From the IMG/VR virus record IMGVR_UViG_3300022594_000001: a stretch of 64,000 nt of DNA. The stretch is one strand, 5' to 3'. The notes under the pieces were generated by a model, which saw only the letters and a list, made by a program, of their open reading frames with translations, was not told where the DNA came from and made no database searches. Both the position numbers and the translations under genes were made by a program. This stretch comes from a virus. Taxonomy: Duplodnaviria; Caudoviricetes. Positions 30,738-40,924 of this stretch are shown here, piece by piece (the first letter of the stretch is position 1; every line of letters starts with the position of its first letter).

Positions 30738-31115
30738 ATGTCAATAAATTTACCATTACAGCCGTTACAAGGAATTCCAGATAGCTCGTCTGATGTTCGT
30801 CAATTTTTTGACAAATACTATAATTCAAAAATTAGTTTTCCGTCAAACCAAATAGATGCAGTAGTTGGATTTTTCTTAAAGAACGGCTTTGATGCAGAAA
30901 GTGCAAGAAGTGTTGGAATTGTATTATTAAATCAAGCACACGCAGATAATGTAAATGTATTTGAATTAATTGATACATTAAAGGCACTAACTGATGTTCA
31001 GTTGAGTCAAGTAGTTGCACAAATTTTAAATGCTTATCGAGAAAAGATAAGCCTATTAGGTTATAGAATTGCTCCTCTAGTTGACTCGTACGAATCTCGT
31101 AATATCTTAGTGTAA
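30738..31115 (+). CDS. hypothetical protein
   Basis: ORF in the structural operon with normal codon usage. Confidence 0.6.
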   Translation: MSINLPLQPLQGIPDSSSDVRQFFDKYYNSKISFPSNQIDAVVGFFLKNGFDAESARSVGIVLLNQAHADNVNVFELIDTLKALTDVQLSQVVAQILNAYREKISLLGYRIAPLVDSYESRNILV

Positions 31116-31118
31116 TTT

Positions 31119-31556
31119 ATGGCTAAGTTTGCTAAAGGTAAGTTCATAATGAAAAACCCTGGAAAATATGTAGGGACTAAAACACCTATATACAGATCCA
31201 GTTGGGAATGGCATTTTATGTCATTTTGTGATACTAATGAAAGCATACAAAAATGGGCAAGCGAAGCAGTAAACATTCCTTACAGAGATCCGTTAACTGG
31301 ACGTAATACTATCTATGTTCCAGACTTTTTTATACAATACGTTGATAAAGTAGGCAAGATGCACGTTGAACTAATTGAAATTAAACCAGCAAGTCAACAA
31401 TTACTTGAGCGTGTAGGTAAGAACAAATACAACCAAGCACAATATGTTAAGAACCAAGCTAAGTGGCAAGCAGCTACTATTTGGTGTAAACAGCAAGGTA
31501 TCAAATTCCGTGTTATTAACCAAAACGACATGTTCCATAACGGTAGTCCAGGATAA
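31119..31556 (+). CDS. gp4: head completion nuclease, T4 gp4-like (TnsA-type)
   Basis: NP.KY.G, YRSSWE..FM.FCD, WASE...IPY, YVPDF, IEIKP. Confidence 0.85.
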   Translation: MAKFAKGKFIMKNPGKYVGTKTPIYRSSWEWHFMSFCDTNESIQKWASEAVNIPYRDPLTGRNTIYVPDFFIQYVDKVGKMHVELIEIKPASQQLLERVGKNKYNQAQYVKNQAKWQAATIWCKQQGIKFRVINQNDMFHNGSPG

Positions 31557-31564
31557 GTAAAGTT

Positions 31565-32056
31565 ATGACTAAGAAACTCGAAGAATTACTTAATTTGCCC
31601 GAAAGCAAAAAAATAGTAAAAGAAGAAGAAAAGAAAGTTAAGAAAGCTGAAGTAGCTCAACCGTTCCTACGCGACATGTCAGAGTTTGATAAAATTTCTG
31701 CTAGTTTGCCAGCAGTTAAGGGACTGGGTGATACGGCTGATGCAGAGTTTGATGCATTAGCTCAGCGAGCAACAGATGCATACGACGACTTAATTGACTT
31801 AGGTATGAACGTCGAAGCACGTTATAGCAGTCGTATTTTTGAAGTAGCAGCTAGTATGCTTAAAAATGCAATTGATGCTAAATCAGCCAAAATTGACAAA
31901 AAACTTAAGATGATTGACTTGCAACTCAAAAAGCAAAAGTTAGATCAAGATGCAGCAGGATCCGATGAGGGCAACAGCATTAATCTTAACGGAGATGGCG
32001 TAATTATTGCAGACCGCAACAGCCTGATCGAAAAACTTAAAAATATGAATAAATAA
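31565..32056 (+). CDS. putative terminase small subunit
   Basis: Helical, coiled-coil LKKQKLD tail; upstream of terL region. Confidence 0.45.
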   Translation: MTKKLEELLNLPESKKIVKEEEKKVKKAEVAQPFLRDMSEFDKISASLPAVKGLGDTADAEFDALAQRATDAYDDLIDLGMNVEARYSSRIFEVAASMLKNAIDAKSAKIDKKLKMIDLQLKKQKLDQDAAGSDEGNSINLNGDGVIIADRNSLIEKLKNMNK

Positions 32057-32074
32057 TACATCAGGATTACGACT

Positions 32075-32701
32075 ATGAAATCATTTAAAGAATATCTAAC
32101 AGAAAGCAAAAAGACTTACGACTTTAAAGTTAAAGTTGCAGGTGAGTGCCCAGAAGGCGCGGCTGAAAAGATTAAAGAAGCACTAAGCATGTATGATTGT
32201 GCTAGCTGCTCAGCAGGAAACAGAACACCTATTCAAGAAAGTCATTTTGATTTTCCAGAACACAAGAACGTTGAAGTTACTGTGTTTGATGTATGTTTAA
32301 ATTATCCAACAACTAGCCCAGAAGTACGTGCAGCAGTAGTTGAAAAATTAAAAGTATCAGAATCATGCGTTAGAGTACGCAACCCAAAAGAAGAAGCAGA
32401 AACAGTTTTAAATCATGCAAATGATGCTAAGTCAGGCGAAGCATTATTAGACAAACCTTATGAAAAATCTAACAACCAAGAAAGCGTTGGTGAAAAGCAT
32501 AAAATGTCAATGCTAAAAGATTTACATAAAAATAAAAAAGAACACTTAACACAAGTTAAAGGTGTTAACGATAAGATTTTAGCTAAAAAAGCTCCAACAG
32601 ATAAATCAGTTAAGGCTACAGAAGCCAAGATAGAAAATACAAGTCCTGTCGGTAGCAAGAAGGTCACAGTACCTATCGCAAAAACAAACGGAGGACTATA
32701 A
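32075..32701 (+). CDS. putative internal head protein
   Basis: MKSFKEYLTES leader; late promoter 32050-32055. Confidence 0.55.
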   Translation: MKSFKEYLTESKKTYDFKVKVAGECPEGAAEKIKEALSMYDCASCSAGNRTPIQESHFDFPEHKNVEVTVFDVCLNYPTTSPEVRAAVVEKLKVSESCVRVRNPKEEAETVLNHANDAKSGEALLDKPYEKSNNQESVGEKHKMSMLKDLHKNKKEHLTQVKGVNDKILAKKAPTDKSVKATEAKIENTSPVGSKKVTVPIAKTNGGL

Positions 32702-32702
32702 T

Positions 32703-33281
32703 ATGAATTTCCAAGACTTACTAGCAAAGATGAAGCAAATCGACGAGAATACTGGGACAATGGCTCCTCCTAGTGGTCCTCAGTTTCCAGATGATGGAAA
32801 TGCACAATTAGAATGCGGAGACGAAATGCCTCCGAAAGCAGATAAGCCAGGACTAGCAGGCGATGACGAAATCCTAATTGGCGAAAAGGGCATGGAAGAA
32901 TGCGGATTGCCAGGAATGGACAACATGCCGCACGGTATGATGGGCGCACCAAAACAACAAGATAATGTAACTATGAGTGTTAGCATGAACGGTTCTGGTG
33001 CAGGTGGCATTAGCGACTTAATGAAAATCTTACGCAATATCGAAAAGGGTGGCGAAGGCGATATCGAAATTGGAGTTGGTGAAGAAATCGACGGTGGGTT
33101 CCAATCTGCTACAACTGAACCAGAAACATCTGTTGCAGATACTAGTATGATGACACGCACTGGAAGAGATTTAGCTAGCAAAGATGGAGAAGCTATCAAA
33201 GTTAACGGCGGCGGAAACCCGATGCGCGAAGCACTAATACGCAAATTGAGCGAGCACTACGCTCAAGTTAAAGCACGATAA
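32703..33281 (+). CDS. putative internal head protein (acidic, disordered)
   Basis: MNFQDLLAKMKQIDE leader; low complexity. Confidence 0.5.
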   Translation: MNFQDLLAKMKQIDENTGTMAPPSGPQFPDDGNAQLECGDEMPPKADKPGLAGDDEILIGEKGMEECGLPGMDNMPHGMMGAPKQQDNVTMSVSMNGSGAGGISDLMKILRNIEKGGEGDIEIGVGEEIDGGFQSATTEPETSVADTSMMTRTGRDLASKDGEAIKVNGGGNPMREALIRKLSEHYAQVKAR

Positions 33282-33300
33282 CAATTCGTCAGCAGTATCA

Positions 33301-33327
33301 AAAAGCGGCTCTTTAGCCGCTTTTTTT
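33301..33327 (+). terminator. intrinsic terminator
   Basis: AAAAGCGGCT-CTTT-AGCCGCTTTTTTT. Confidence 0.8.
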
Positions 33328-33340
33328 GTGTAAATAAAGT

Positions 33341-34936
33341 ATGGCTAAATCACTAGACGGCGTCTTAACAAAAAGGGCGCATAGACAAGAAAAATTTACA
33401 GAAGAGCAAGTACAGCACTTGCTTATGTGTTCTGATCCCGTTGAAGGATACATGCACTTTGTTCAAAACTTTTTTCATATACAGCATCCAACAAAGGGTA
33501 AGGTTAAGTTTGAGCCATTTGATTACCAAGTAAGACTACTACACAGTTATCACGATTTCCGTTTTAATATTAACATGATGCCACGTCAAAGTGGCAAGAC
33601 TACGTGTGCCGCGGGATATCTATTATGGTATGCTATGTTCCATCCGGATCAAACTGTTCTAGTTGCTGCGCACAAGTATACGGGCGCACAAGAAATTATG
33701 CAGCGTATTCGATATGGATACGAACTTTGTCCAGATTTTATACGTAGTGGTGTAACTAGTTATAACAAAGGGTCAATTGAATTTGACAATGGTTCACGTA
33801 TTGTAAGTCAAACAACAACAGGCACAACAGGTCGTGGTATGTCTATTTCACTACTATACTGTGACGAGTTTGCGTTCGTGCAACCTAATATTGCCGAAGA
33901 GTTTTGGACTTCTATTTCTCCTACACTGGCGACTGGTGGTAAGGCGATTATTACATCAACACCAAACTCGGACGAAGATACATTTGCTAACATTTGGAAA
34001 GAATCTCAAGATTTATTTGACGCTTACGGAAACGAACGCAAAGACAAAATGGGGCGTAATGGTTTCCATGGGTTTAGAGCCGAATGGTATGAACATCCAG
34101 ATCGTAACGAGAAATGGAGAGAAGACGAAACGGGACGTATTGGTGAAGAACGTTTCCGTCGTGAATATGGTTGCGAGTTCTTGATTTATGATGAAACATT
34201 AGTTAACTCAATTAAATTAAGTGAGATGTTAGGTAAAGAACCTATTTTCAAAATGGGGCAAGTTCGCTGGTTTAAGAAGCCGCAGGCAGGTAATTTATAC
34301 CTAGCAGCACTAGATCCTAGTTTAGGAACAGGCGGTGACTATGCAGGTATTCAAGTATTTGAACTTCCTAGTATGACGCAAGTTGCAGAGTGGCAGCATA
34401 ACGTTACTCCAGTGCAAGGACAAGTAAAAATATTCCGAGATGTGTTACGATATATACAAGAAACAATCGGAATGGACAATTCAAACAGCATTTATTATAG
34501 TGTTGAAAATAACACAGTGGGCGAAGCTGCTCTAGTTGTTATTCAAGATTTAGGGGAAGAAACTTTTCCGGGTTTATTTGTAAATGAACCGCAGCGTAAA
34601 GGACATGTGCGTAAATTCCGTAAAGGATTTAATACTACACACGGTTCTAAAATTTCAGCTTGTGCTAGATTAAAGTTTTTAATCGAAGAAGACAAGATGA
34701 AAATATTCAGTAAAACACTTATTAGTGAATTAAAATCATTTATTGCAAAAGGTGTTACATTCTCAGCTAAAGAAGGGCAACATGACGACTTAGTAGCAGC
34801 ATTGCTATTAGTTGTGCGTATGAGCGTTGTACTAGCAGAATGGGACCCTAAAGTATTTGAACTAATGAGTGTAGACGGGCATATGGACGAAGATTTTGAA
34901 GCTCCGTTGCCAATATTTGTTTCAAGCGGATTCTGA
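33341..34936 (+). CDS. gp17: terminase large subunit
   Basis: PRQSGKTT Walker A; LLYCDEFAF Walker B; DPSLGTGGDY nuclease; HDDLV. Confidence 0.95.
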   Translation: MAKSLDGVLTKRAHRQEKFTEEQVQHLLMCSDPVEGYMHFVQNFFHIQHPTKGKVKFEPFDYQVRLLHSYHDFRFNINMMPRQSGKTTCAAGYLLWYAMFHPDQTVLVAAHKYTGAQEIMQRIRYGYELCPDFIRSGVTSYNKGSIEFDNGSRIVSQTTTGTTGRGMSISLLYCDEFAFVQPNIAEEFWTSISPTLATGGKAIITSTPNSDEDTFANIWKESQDLFDAYGNERKDKMGRNGFHGFRAEWYEHPDRNEKWREDETGRIGEERFRREYGCEFLIYDETLVNSIKLSEMLGKEPIFKMGQVRWFKKPQAGNLYLAALDPSLGTGGDYAGIQVFELPSMTQVAEWQHNVTPVQGQVKIFRDVLRYIQETIGMDNSNSIYYSVENNTVGEAALVVIQDLGEETFPGLFVNEPQRKGHVRKFRKGFNTTHGSKISACARLKFLIEEDKMKIFSKTLISELKSFIAKGVTFSAKEGQHDDLVAALLLVVRMSVVLAEWDPKVFELMSVDGHMDEDFEAPLPIFVSSGF

Positions 34937-34946
34937 TAAATATAAC

Positions 34947-37067
34947 ATGAACTCGAATTTAGATAAAATTGCACAAGATTTGTACGGAAAAATTCAAACC
35001 CGATTTAAAAATATTACAATCGGCGATGAACACGCACAAACTTTAAGTCGTAAGGAAGATATTCCTAAAGCTCGTTTCTTCGAATTCGAGTATGTTGAAA
35101 ACGGTGAAAGTTTAGGTACTATTACAATTACATTAGACGAAGATGACGGTATTGTAATTCAAGTAGGTGGTGATTTAGTTGACGATGATAACGAAACTAC
35201 TCACCACGGTGCTTACAAATTTATTCGCAGCTTTAGAGAATTTGCTAAAAGAAGACTCTTAAAGTTTGATGCGGATAACATCGGAAAAAGCAATTTAGAC
35301 AAAAGAGATTACCAGTTTCAAGCGAAACGTAAGGAAGAACCAGTCATGCAAATGCAACCAGTTATGGAAAACAAAATGTACGGAAATGCCCGTATGAGCT
35401 ATCAGGATTTAGGCGAAGCACGTTTAGTTATTAAACACAGCCAGCCAGTTAACTTAAATGTACCAGCAGGCCGTACAATGCATATCGAAAGCATTTACAT
35501 TGAAAACGCAGACGGTGAAAGATTTAAGTATCCTTACAAACATCTAAATGGTGCTCGTGCGTTGGCAGAACATATTAAGCACGGTGGCAATCCATACGAT
35601 GCTATCGGTAAACACATTTCTAGTCTAAGTGAAGAACTAGCAGGTTTACGCAAGTTTAAAGGGTTTGTTAGCCGCCAAACGCAAGTAAGCGAAGCAATGG
35701 GCTCTGTTACTGATCGAGTACTAGAGCGTATTGAGCAAATTAAAGAAACAATTAGCAAATTACAGCGTCCAGCATATTATGAATCATTTGTTGAAAGTTT
35801 TGAAGAACAAGAAGAACAAATTATTCCAGAAGAAATTCAAAATGATTTAATTGATCGTTTGACTATTCGTACATTTAACGAAGACTTAAAATCAATTTTT
35901 CCATATATCTATAAGTTTGTTAATGAAAACGAACTACCAGTTGTTGAATTAGGTGCCGATGATATTTTAGGCGAAGAAACTGAAGAATGTGATACTTGCC
36001 ATCATACACCATGCACATGTGACGATGAACACGAACAAAAAGATGAGTCATTTGATCCAGAAGTGCAGTTTGAATCTTTTATGGATTCATTAGTTAACGA
36101 AGACAAGGACGAATTGTTTAGCCCGAATAAGGATGCTAAACTACGTGCTATTGATCAACTTAATCAAGTATTTTCAAAAGAATTGCCGGGCGGACCGGGC
36201 GGAGTTAACGCAATCGAAAGTCTTAAAGGCTTAATTGACGAGCCAGAATTATTTGATATTATTAGAGATTTAAACCCAGATTTAGACACACGTCCTGTTA
36301 TTCAACAATGGTTGCATGACAACATGGGCAAGTTTGCAGGTGACGCAGCCGAAACATTAGCTATGCTTCATTTTGCAGGTCCTGAAGGCGAAGGGATTAC
36401 TGAACCGTCTCCAGAAGAAATGGCACCTCCTCCAGAAGCAATGCCACCGGCACCAGAAGCTAGTGCAATACCGCCAGCACCGGAAGCTAGTGCAATGCCA
36501 CCCGCAGCACCTCCAGCACCTGGTGCAATGCCGCCCGCAGCACCCGCAGCACCAATGGCTGAAAGTATTGCTAGAGCTTTAAAGAAAGCAAAACAAGCAG
36601 GTGCAACTCTAGAAACAGCTTTAGATTTTGGACACGGTGTTAAAACTATTGCTGAAATTATTGACGAGTGCGGAATGGATGCTGCTGAAATTGGTTTTGA
36701 TCAGCCACAAGAAGCAGGTGTTCCTGCAATGTTAAAATACCTATCTGGTTTCTATAATAAAGAAGGTGGAAACTTTCCACTAGGCGGAACAAGATTAAAA
36801 ATTAAAATTAAGAAAGCATGGGAAGATGGCGAATTTGGAAATTGTTCCGAACAAGACGTCGTTAAAGTGTTTAAATTAATTGATGCTAAAGATCCAAGTC
36901 CTGGCTCAGATCAAAATCCTGAGCAAGCGCACATTGTTAAACTAGCAGGTGTTGCACCTCAACAATCAGCAACTAGCGGATTAAACACTGATCACATCGA
37001 GCACGATATGAGCAAGATTGATCCAACAGACATGATGAGAGCCATCATGCAAAAATTACAATTCTAA
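34947..37067 (+). CDS. conserved large head-associated hypothetical protein with Pro/Ala-rich linker
   Basis: True start MNSNLDK at 34947 after TAAATA; PPAPEAS repeats; acidic. Confidence 0.6.
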   Translation: MNSNLDKIAQDLYGKIQTRFKNITIGDEHAQTLSRKEDIPKARFFEFEYVENGESLGTITITLDEDDGIVIQVGGDLVDDDNETTHHGAYKFIRSFREFAKRRLLKFDADNIGKSNLDKRDYQFQAKRKEEPVMQMQPVMENKMYGNARMSYQDLGEARLVIKHSQPVNLNVPAGRTMHIESIYIENADGERFKYPYKHLNGARALAEHIKHGGNPYDAIGKHISSLSEELAGLRKFKGFVSRQTQVSEAMGSVTDRVLERIEQIKETISKLQRPAYYESFVESFEEQEEQIIPEEIQNDLIDRLTIRTFNEDLKSIFPYIYKFVNENELPVVELGADDILGEETEECDTCHHTPCTCDDEHEQKDESFDPEVQFESFMDSLVNEDKDELFSPNKDAKLRAIDQLNQVFSKELPGGPGGVNAIESLKGLIDEPELFDIIRDLNPDLDTRPVIQQWLHDNMGKFAGDAAETLAMLHFAGPEGEGITEPSPEEMAPPPEAMPPAPEASAIPPAPEASAMPPAAPPAPGAMPPAAPAAPMAESIARALKKAKQAGATLETALDFGHGVKTIAEIIDECGMDAAEIGFDQPQEAGVPAMLKYLSGFYNKEGGNFPLGGTRLKIKIKKAWEDGEFGNCSEQDVVKVFKLIDAKDPSPGSDQNPEQAHIVKLAGVAPQQSATSGLNTDHIEHDMSKIDPTDMMRAIMQKLQF

Positions 37068-37074
37068 GGAAATC

Positions 37075-37893
37075 ATGATGGAACACAAAAGTTTTAGAGA
37101 ATATATTCAGCTTGTTGAATCTGCTCAACAAGTTCAATCAGAAGATGCAGCCCAAGTAGGCAACGTTATTGGACAAGCAGGTGCAACGGCTGTTAATGCA
37201 GCAACAGCGGCACCTAGAGCTATTTGGGACGGTGTAAAATGGCTTTATAACAAAGGTGCTGACGCAGTTGACAGCGCAGTTCAAGGTGTTCAAAACTTTG
37301 CAAACGGAGCAGCACAAGGCTTCCAAACAGGCGGGTTAGATCCTTTGCATCCAATTGATTCTGCACAACAAGCGGCACAAAGTTATGCACAAGCAGGCAA
37401 GCCACAACAAGGTGCTACACCTACTAAGCCTCAAGGACAACCAATGGCTCCAGATGCGCTTAAAAAGATTCAACAACAATTAGGTGTTGCAGCTGACGGT
37501 ATTATGGGTCCTAAAACTCAAGCAGCTATTAAAGCGTTCCAACAAAAGAACGGGTTAGCAGTTGATGGTATTGTTGGTCCTAAAACACAAGCAGCATTAC
37601 AAGGCGCTGGCCAAGCAGGTACTTCACAAACTCCAACTGCTAATGCAACAACTACAAATGCCGCAGCAGCGCCAGCTGGCAACACTGATCCATCAAAAGG
37701 TGCAGTTGACTACAGTTTAAATGGTTCTGGTGTTAAACTTAATGCAAACAATGCAACTGCTAATACTACAGGTGGTCCTAACATGGGTCAAGTTAATACG
37801 GCAGGTGGATATGATCCAAAGGCACCTAAGGTATCTGAGTCAACTGGTTACGATGAAGTACAAAGAATTATGAGTTTAGTACACCACAGATAA
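37075..37893 (+). CDS. peptidoglycan-binding domain protein
   Basis: IQQQLGVAADGIMGPKTQAAIKAFQQKNGLAVDGIVGPKTQAAL (PG_binding_1-like); SFREYIQLVE leader. Confidence 0.75.
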   Translation: MMEHKSFREYIQLVESAQQVQSEDAAQVGNVIGQAGATAVNAATAAPRAIWDGVKWLYNKGADAVDSAVQGVQNFANGAAQGFQTGGLDPLHPIDSAQQAAQSYAQAGKPQQGATPTKPQGQPMAPDALKKIQQQLGVAADGIMGPKTQAAIKAFQQKNGLAVDGIVGPKTQAALQGAGQAGTSQTPTANATTTNAAAAPAGNTDPSKGAVDYSLNGSGVKLNANNATANTTGGPNMGQVNTAGGYDPKAPKVSESTGYDEVQRIMSLVHHR

Positions 37894-37930
37894 TTGGTGG
37901 AAAAATATCACATTTAAGGCACCAATTGCC

Positions 37931-37998
37931 TTGTAATGATAAATAAAAACGCATACACTTACATGTATGCGTTTTTTATTGAAGAAGGTCTTCAATAA
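37931..37998 (+). promoter_or_regulatory. dual promoter with overlapping inverted repeat and leader hairpin of the SSB gene
   Basis: TTGTAA-17-TACACT with nested TAAATA; inverted repeat 37946-37975; hairpin 37976-37998. Confidence 0.55.
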
Positions 37999-38043
37999 AT
38001 TAAGGCACATAAAAAAACATAGGCTTATTACAGGAGAAAAACT

Positions 38044-39024
38044 ATGGCTACATTAGCAGAAATTCGCGCAAAATTAAAAGCATCTGAACAACGTGGTTCA
38101 GGAGAACGTACAGGCGGTGATAACTCAATTTATCCGTTCTGGAACTTAAAAGAAGGTCAAGAAGCAACTCTACGCTTCCTACCAGACGGTAATCAAGACA
38201 ACACTTTTTTCTGGGTTGAACGTGCAATGATCAAATTGCCATTCGCCGGCGTTAAAGGTGAAACAGACAACAAACAAACAATCGTTCAAGTACCATGCAT
38301 GGAAATGTACGGTGAAACTTGCCCAATTCTTACGGAAGTTCGTGGCTGGTTTAAGGACAAGAGTTTAGAAGATATGGGTCGTAAGTACTGGAAGAAAAAG
38401 TCTTACATTTTCCAAGGTTTTGTTGTCGAAGACGGTCTTGAAGAAAAAGAAAAACCAGAAAACCCAATCCGTAGATTCATTATTGGTCCACAAATTTTCC
38501 AAAGCATTCGTGCTGCTCTAGTTGATCCAGAGTTGGAAGACTTGCCAACTGATTACGTACATGGCTTAGACTATCGTATGAAGAAAGGTAGCAAAGGCGG
38601 TTACGCTGACTACTCAACTTCAACATGGGCACGTCGCGAGCGTCCACTAAGTGATGACGAAAGTTCAGCAGTTACACAATATGGTTTGTTTAACTTGTCA
38701 GACTTCTTACCAAAGAAGCCAACTGATGTTGAATTGAAAGTTATCAAAGAGATGTTTGAAGCATCTGTTGATGGCGAACCATTTGATATGGATCGTTGGG
38801 GTCAATACTTCAAACCAGCTGGCATGAGCCAGAATACAGGTGACCCACAAAAAGCATCTGCTCCTAAAGCAGCACCTGCTCCAGTAGCAAGTGATGACAA
38901 TGATGATGAACCTGCTCCAGTAGCACCAGTAAAAGGTGTTAATGTTGCAAGCAGTGAAGCAGCATCAGGTGGCGACTCACGTGCCCAAGACATCTTGGCA
39001 ATGATTCGTAACCGTCAGAAGTAA
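38044..39024 (+). CDS. gp32: single-stranded DNA-binding protein
   Basis: LRFLPD, CMEMYGETCP, YWKKKSYIFQGFV, GYADYSTS; acidic tail. Confidence 0.88.
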   Translation: MATLAEIRAKLKASEQRGSGERTGGDNSIYPFWNLKEGQEATLRFLPDGNQDNTFFWVERAMIKLPFAGVKGETDNKQTIVQVPCMEMYGETCPILTEVRGWFKDKSLEDMGRKYWKKKSYIFQGFVVEDGLEEKEKPENPIRRFIIGPQIFQSIRAALVDPELEDLPTDYVHGLDYRMKKGSKGGYADYSTSTWARRERPLSDDESSAVTQYGLFNLSDFLPKKPTDVELKVIKEMFEASVDGEPFDMDRWGQYFKPAGMSQNTGDPQKASAPKAAPAPVASDDNDDEPAPVAPVKGVNVASSEAASGGDSRAQDILAMIRNRQK

Positions 39025-39032
39025 GCACAGGC

Positions 39033-39054
39033 GTAAGGGACTTCGGTCCCTTAC
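39033..39054 (+). other. cUUCGg tetraloop hairpin between gp32 and uvsX
   Basis: GTAAGGGAC-TTCG-GTCCCTTAC with no U-tract. Confidence 0.7.
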
Positions 39055-39076
39055 AATCATTTAGGAGAATTAACTT

Positions 39077-40138
39077 ATGGCTACAAAAGCCTTCGATTTA
39101 TCAAAATTTCGTAAAACTCTGACTAAGTCCATTGATGGTCTAGGCATTGGTTTTAACGATCCTACTGATTGGGTAAGCACAGGTAACTTTGCATTAAATT
39201 ATCTAATTAGTGGCGACTTTAACAAAGGTATTCCTTTGGGTAAGGTTACAGTATTTGCAGGCGAATCAGGCGCAGGCAAATCATATATTTGTTCTGGAAA
39301 CATTGTTAAGAACGCACAAGAACAAGGTATTTTTGTTATCCTAGTTGATAGCGAAAATGCTCTTGATGAAAAATGGTTACACGCACTAGGCGTTGATACT
39401 AGCGAAGATAAGTTGTTAAAACTTAATATGGCTATGATTGATGACGTTGCTAAAACTATCCACGAATTTATGGCTGAATATAAAGTAATGGATAATCGTC
39501 CTAAAGTCTTGTTTGTCATAGACAGCTTGGGTATGTTGCTTACCCCTACCGACATCAACCAGTTTGAAGCCGGAGATTTAAAAGGCGATATGGGTCGTAA
39601 ACCTAAAGCACTTACAGCACTTGTTCGTAACTGTGTAAACATGTTTGGTAACTATAACGTAGGTATGGTTTGTACAAATCACACATACGCAAGCCAAGAT
39701 ATGTTTGACCCAGATGACAAAATTTCAGGCGGTCAAGGATTCGTTTATGCAAGTTCTATCGTAGTTGCTATGAAGAAATTGAAGTTAAAAGAAGACGAAG
39801 ACGGTAACAAAGTTTCAGAAGTCAACGGTATTCGTGCCGCTTGTAAAATTATGAAAACTCGTTATGCTAAACCGTTTGAAACATTACAAGTTAAAATCCC
39901 ATATGAAACAGGTATGAATCCTTACAGTGGTTTAGTAGACTTGTGTGAAAAAGCCGGCTTGCTAAAACAAGAAGGTAATAGACTCAAGTGGGTTGACCCA
40001 GAAACAGGTGAAGAATTCAAATTCTACCGAAAAGAATGGAAAGATGATAAATTAGATATGATAATGGAGAAATTCGATATCAGTATGACAAAAACAACAA
40101 CTACCATTCCTGAGGAGACGGACGAAAATGTTGAATGA
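39077..40138 (+). CDS. uvsX: RecA-like recombinase
   Basis: AGESGAGKS Walker A; VIDSLG; SGGQGFVYASS. Confidence 0.93.
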   Translation: MATKAFDLSKFRKTLTKSIDGLGIGFNDPTDWVSTGNFALNYLISGDFNKGIPLGKVTVFAGESGAGKSYICSGNIVKNAQEQGIFVILVDSENALDEKWLHALGVDTSEDKLLKLNMAMIDDVAKTIHEFMAEYKVMDNRPKVLFVIDSLGMLLTPTDINQFEAGDLKGDMGRKPKALTALVRNCVNMFGNYNVGMVCTNHTYASQDMFDPDDKISGGQGFVYASSIVVAMKKLKLKEDEDGNKVSEVNGIRAACKIMKTRYAKPFETLQVKIPYETGMNPYSGLVDLCEKAGLLKQEGNRLKWVDPETGEEFKFYRKEWKDDKLDMIMEKFDISMTKTTTTIPEETDENVE

Positions 40139-40367
40139 AACACAAATAGGTGACATCTGGATGCTTTTTGCTGATTATATTGACAAGAAGCAAATAGAAG
40201 TAGCCGCGGAGCGATATATTGATCTTTTAGCAGATTTTGGTGTTACTGATCGTGTAATGCAAAGTGCTACCGGCGTTGACGGCACATTAGATAATGCAAT
40301 TGAGTATTATTTAGATGAGCCGTCGGACGAAGACGATGACGACGATTATAAAGAATTGGAATTTTAA
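40128..40367 (+). CDS. hypothetical acidic protein
   Basis: SD GGAG; coupled to neighbours. Confidence 0.65.
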   Translation: MLNETQIGDIWMLFADYIDKKQIEVAAERYIDLLADFGVTDRVMQSATGVDGTLDNAIEYYLDEPSDEDDDDDYKELEF

Positions 40368-40822
40368 TGGGCTGGTATTCTAAAATATCAAAAGATATCT
40401 CACATATTCCAGATGCTGTGGATTACTACAACGCTGAATTGCAAGCGGCAAAAGCCGAAGTCCGTATAACGGGGAATGTAGAAAGAGCTGCCGCAAGTAT
40501 GCCTGGCATTGTGGAACAGAGATTCGGACAACTTCAAGAAATTGAAGCAATTTTAGAGTACCTTAACATTGAACTTCGTCGTCTAAAAAGTCAGCACTTT
40601 AGAAAATATTTAGAAAACTATCAAAGGGCACTAAGCTCTAGAGATTGTGAAAAATTTGTTGAGGGTGAAGCAGACGTAGTTGATTTTGAAAAGATTATCA
40701 ACGAATTTGCTTTACTTCGCAACAAGTGGCTAGGTATTACTAAAGCATTAGACCAAAAGCAATGGCAAATAACTAACATTGTGAAGTTGCGTGTTGCTGG
40801 TATGGAAGACGCATCAATATAA
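40367..40822 (+). CDS. uvsY: recombination mediator
   Basis: Helical; YLE.Y.RALSSRD.EK.V.GE; synteny uvsX-uvsY-uvsW. Confidence 0.75.
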   Translation: MGWYSKISKDISHIPDAVDYYNAELQAAKAEVRITGNVERAAASMPGIVEQRFGQLQEIEAILEYLNIELRRLKSQHFRKYLENYQRALSSRDCEKFVEGEADVVDFEKIINEFALLRNKWLGITKALDQKQWQITNIVKLRVAGMEDASI

Positions 40823-40845
40823 TCAATTTAGCCAAACGGTACACT

Positions 40846-40879
40846 ATAGGCCTTAAATAATAATGAGGCCTATTTTTTT
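40846..40879 (+). terminator. intrinsic terminator with TAAATA in its loop
   Basis: ATAGGCCT-TAAATAATAATG-AGGCCTAT-T6. Confidence 0.7.
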
Positions 40880-40889
40880 GTCTAAGTTG

Positions 40890-40918
40890 TTGACATTACA
40901 AACCTTAATCTATATAAT
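40890..40918 (+). promoter_or_regulatory. consensus sigma70 promoter
   Basis: TTGACA-17-TATAAT, 6 nt before ATG 40925. Confidence 0.85.
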
Positions 40919-40924
40919 AGAAAC

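Noticed and set aside
36415-36560. Tandem DNA repeats in the 34947..37067 gene
   Set aside because: Explained by a Pro/Ala linker (PPAPEAS repeats).
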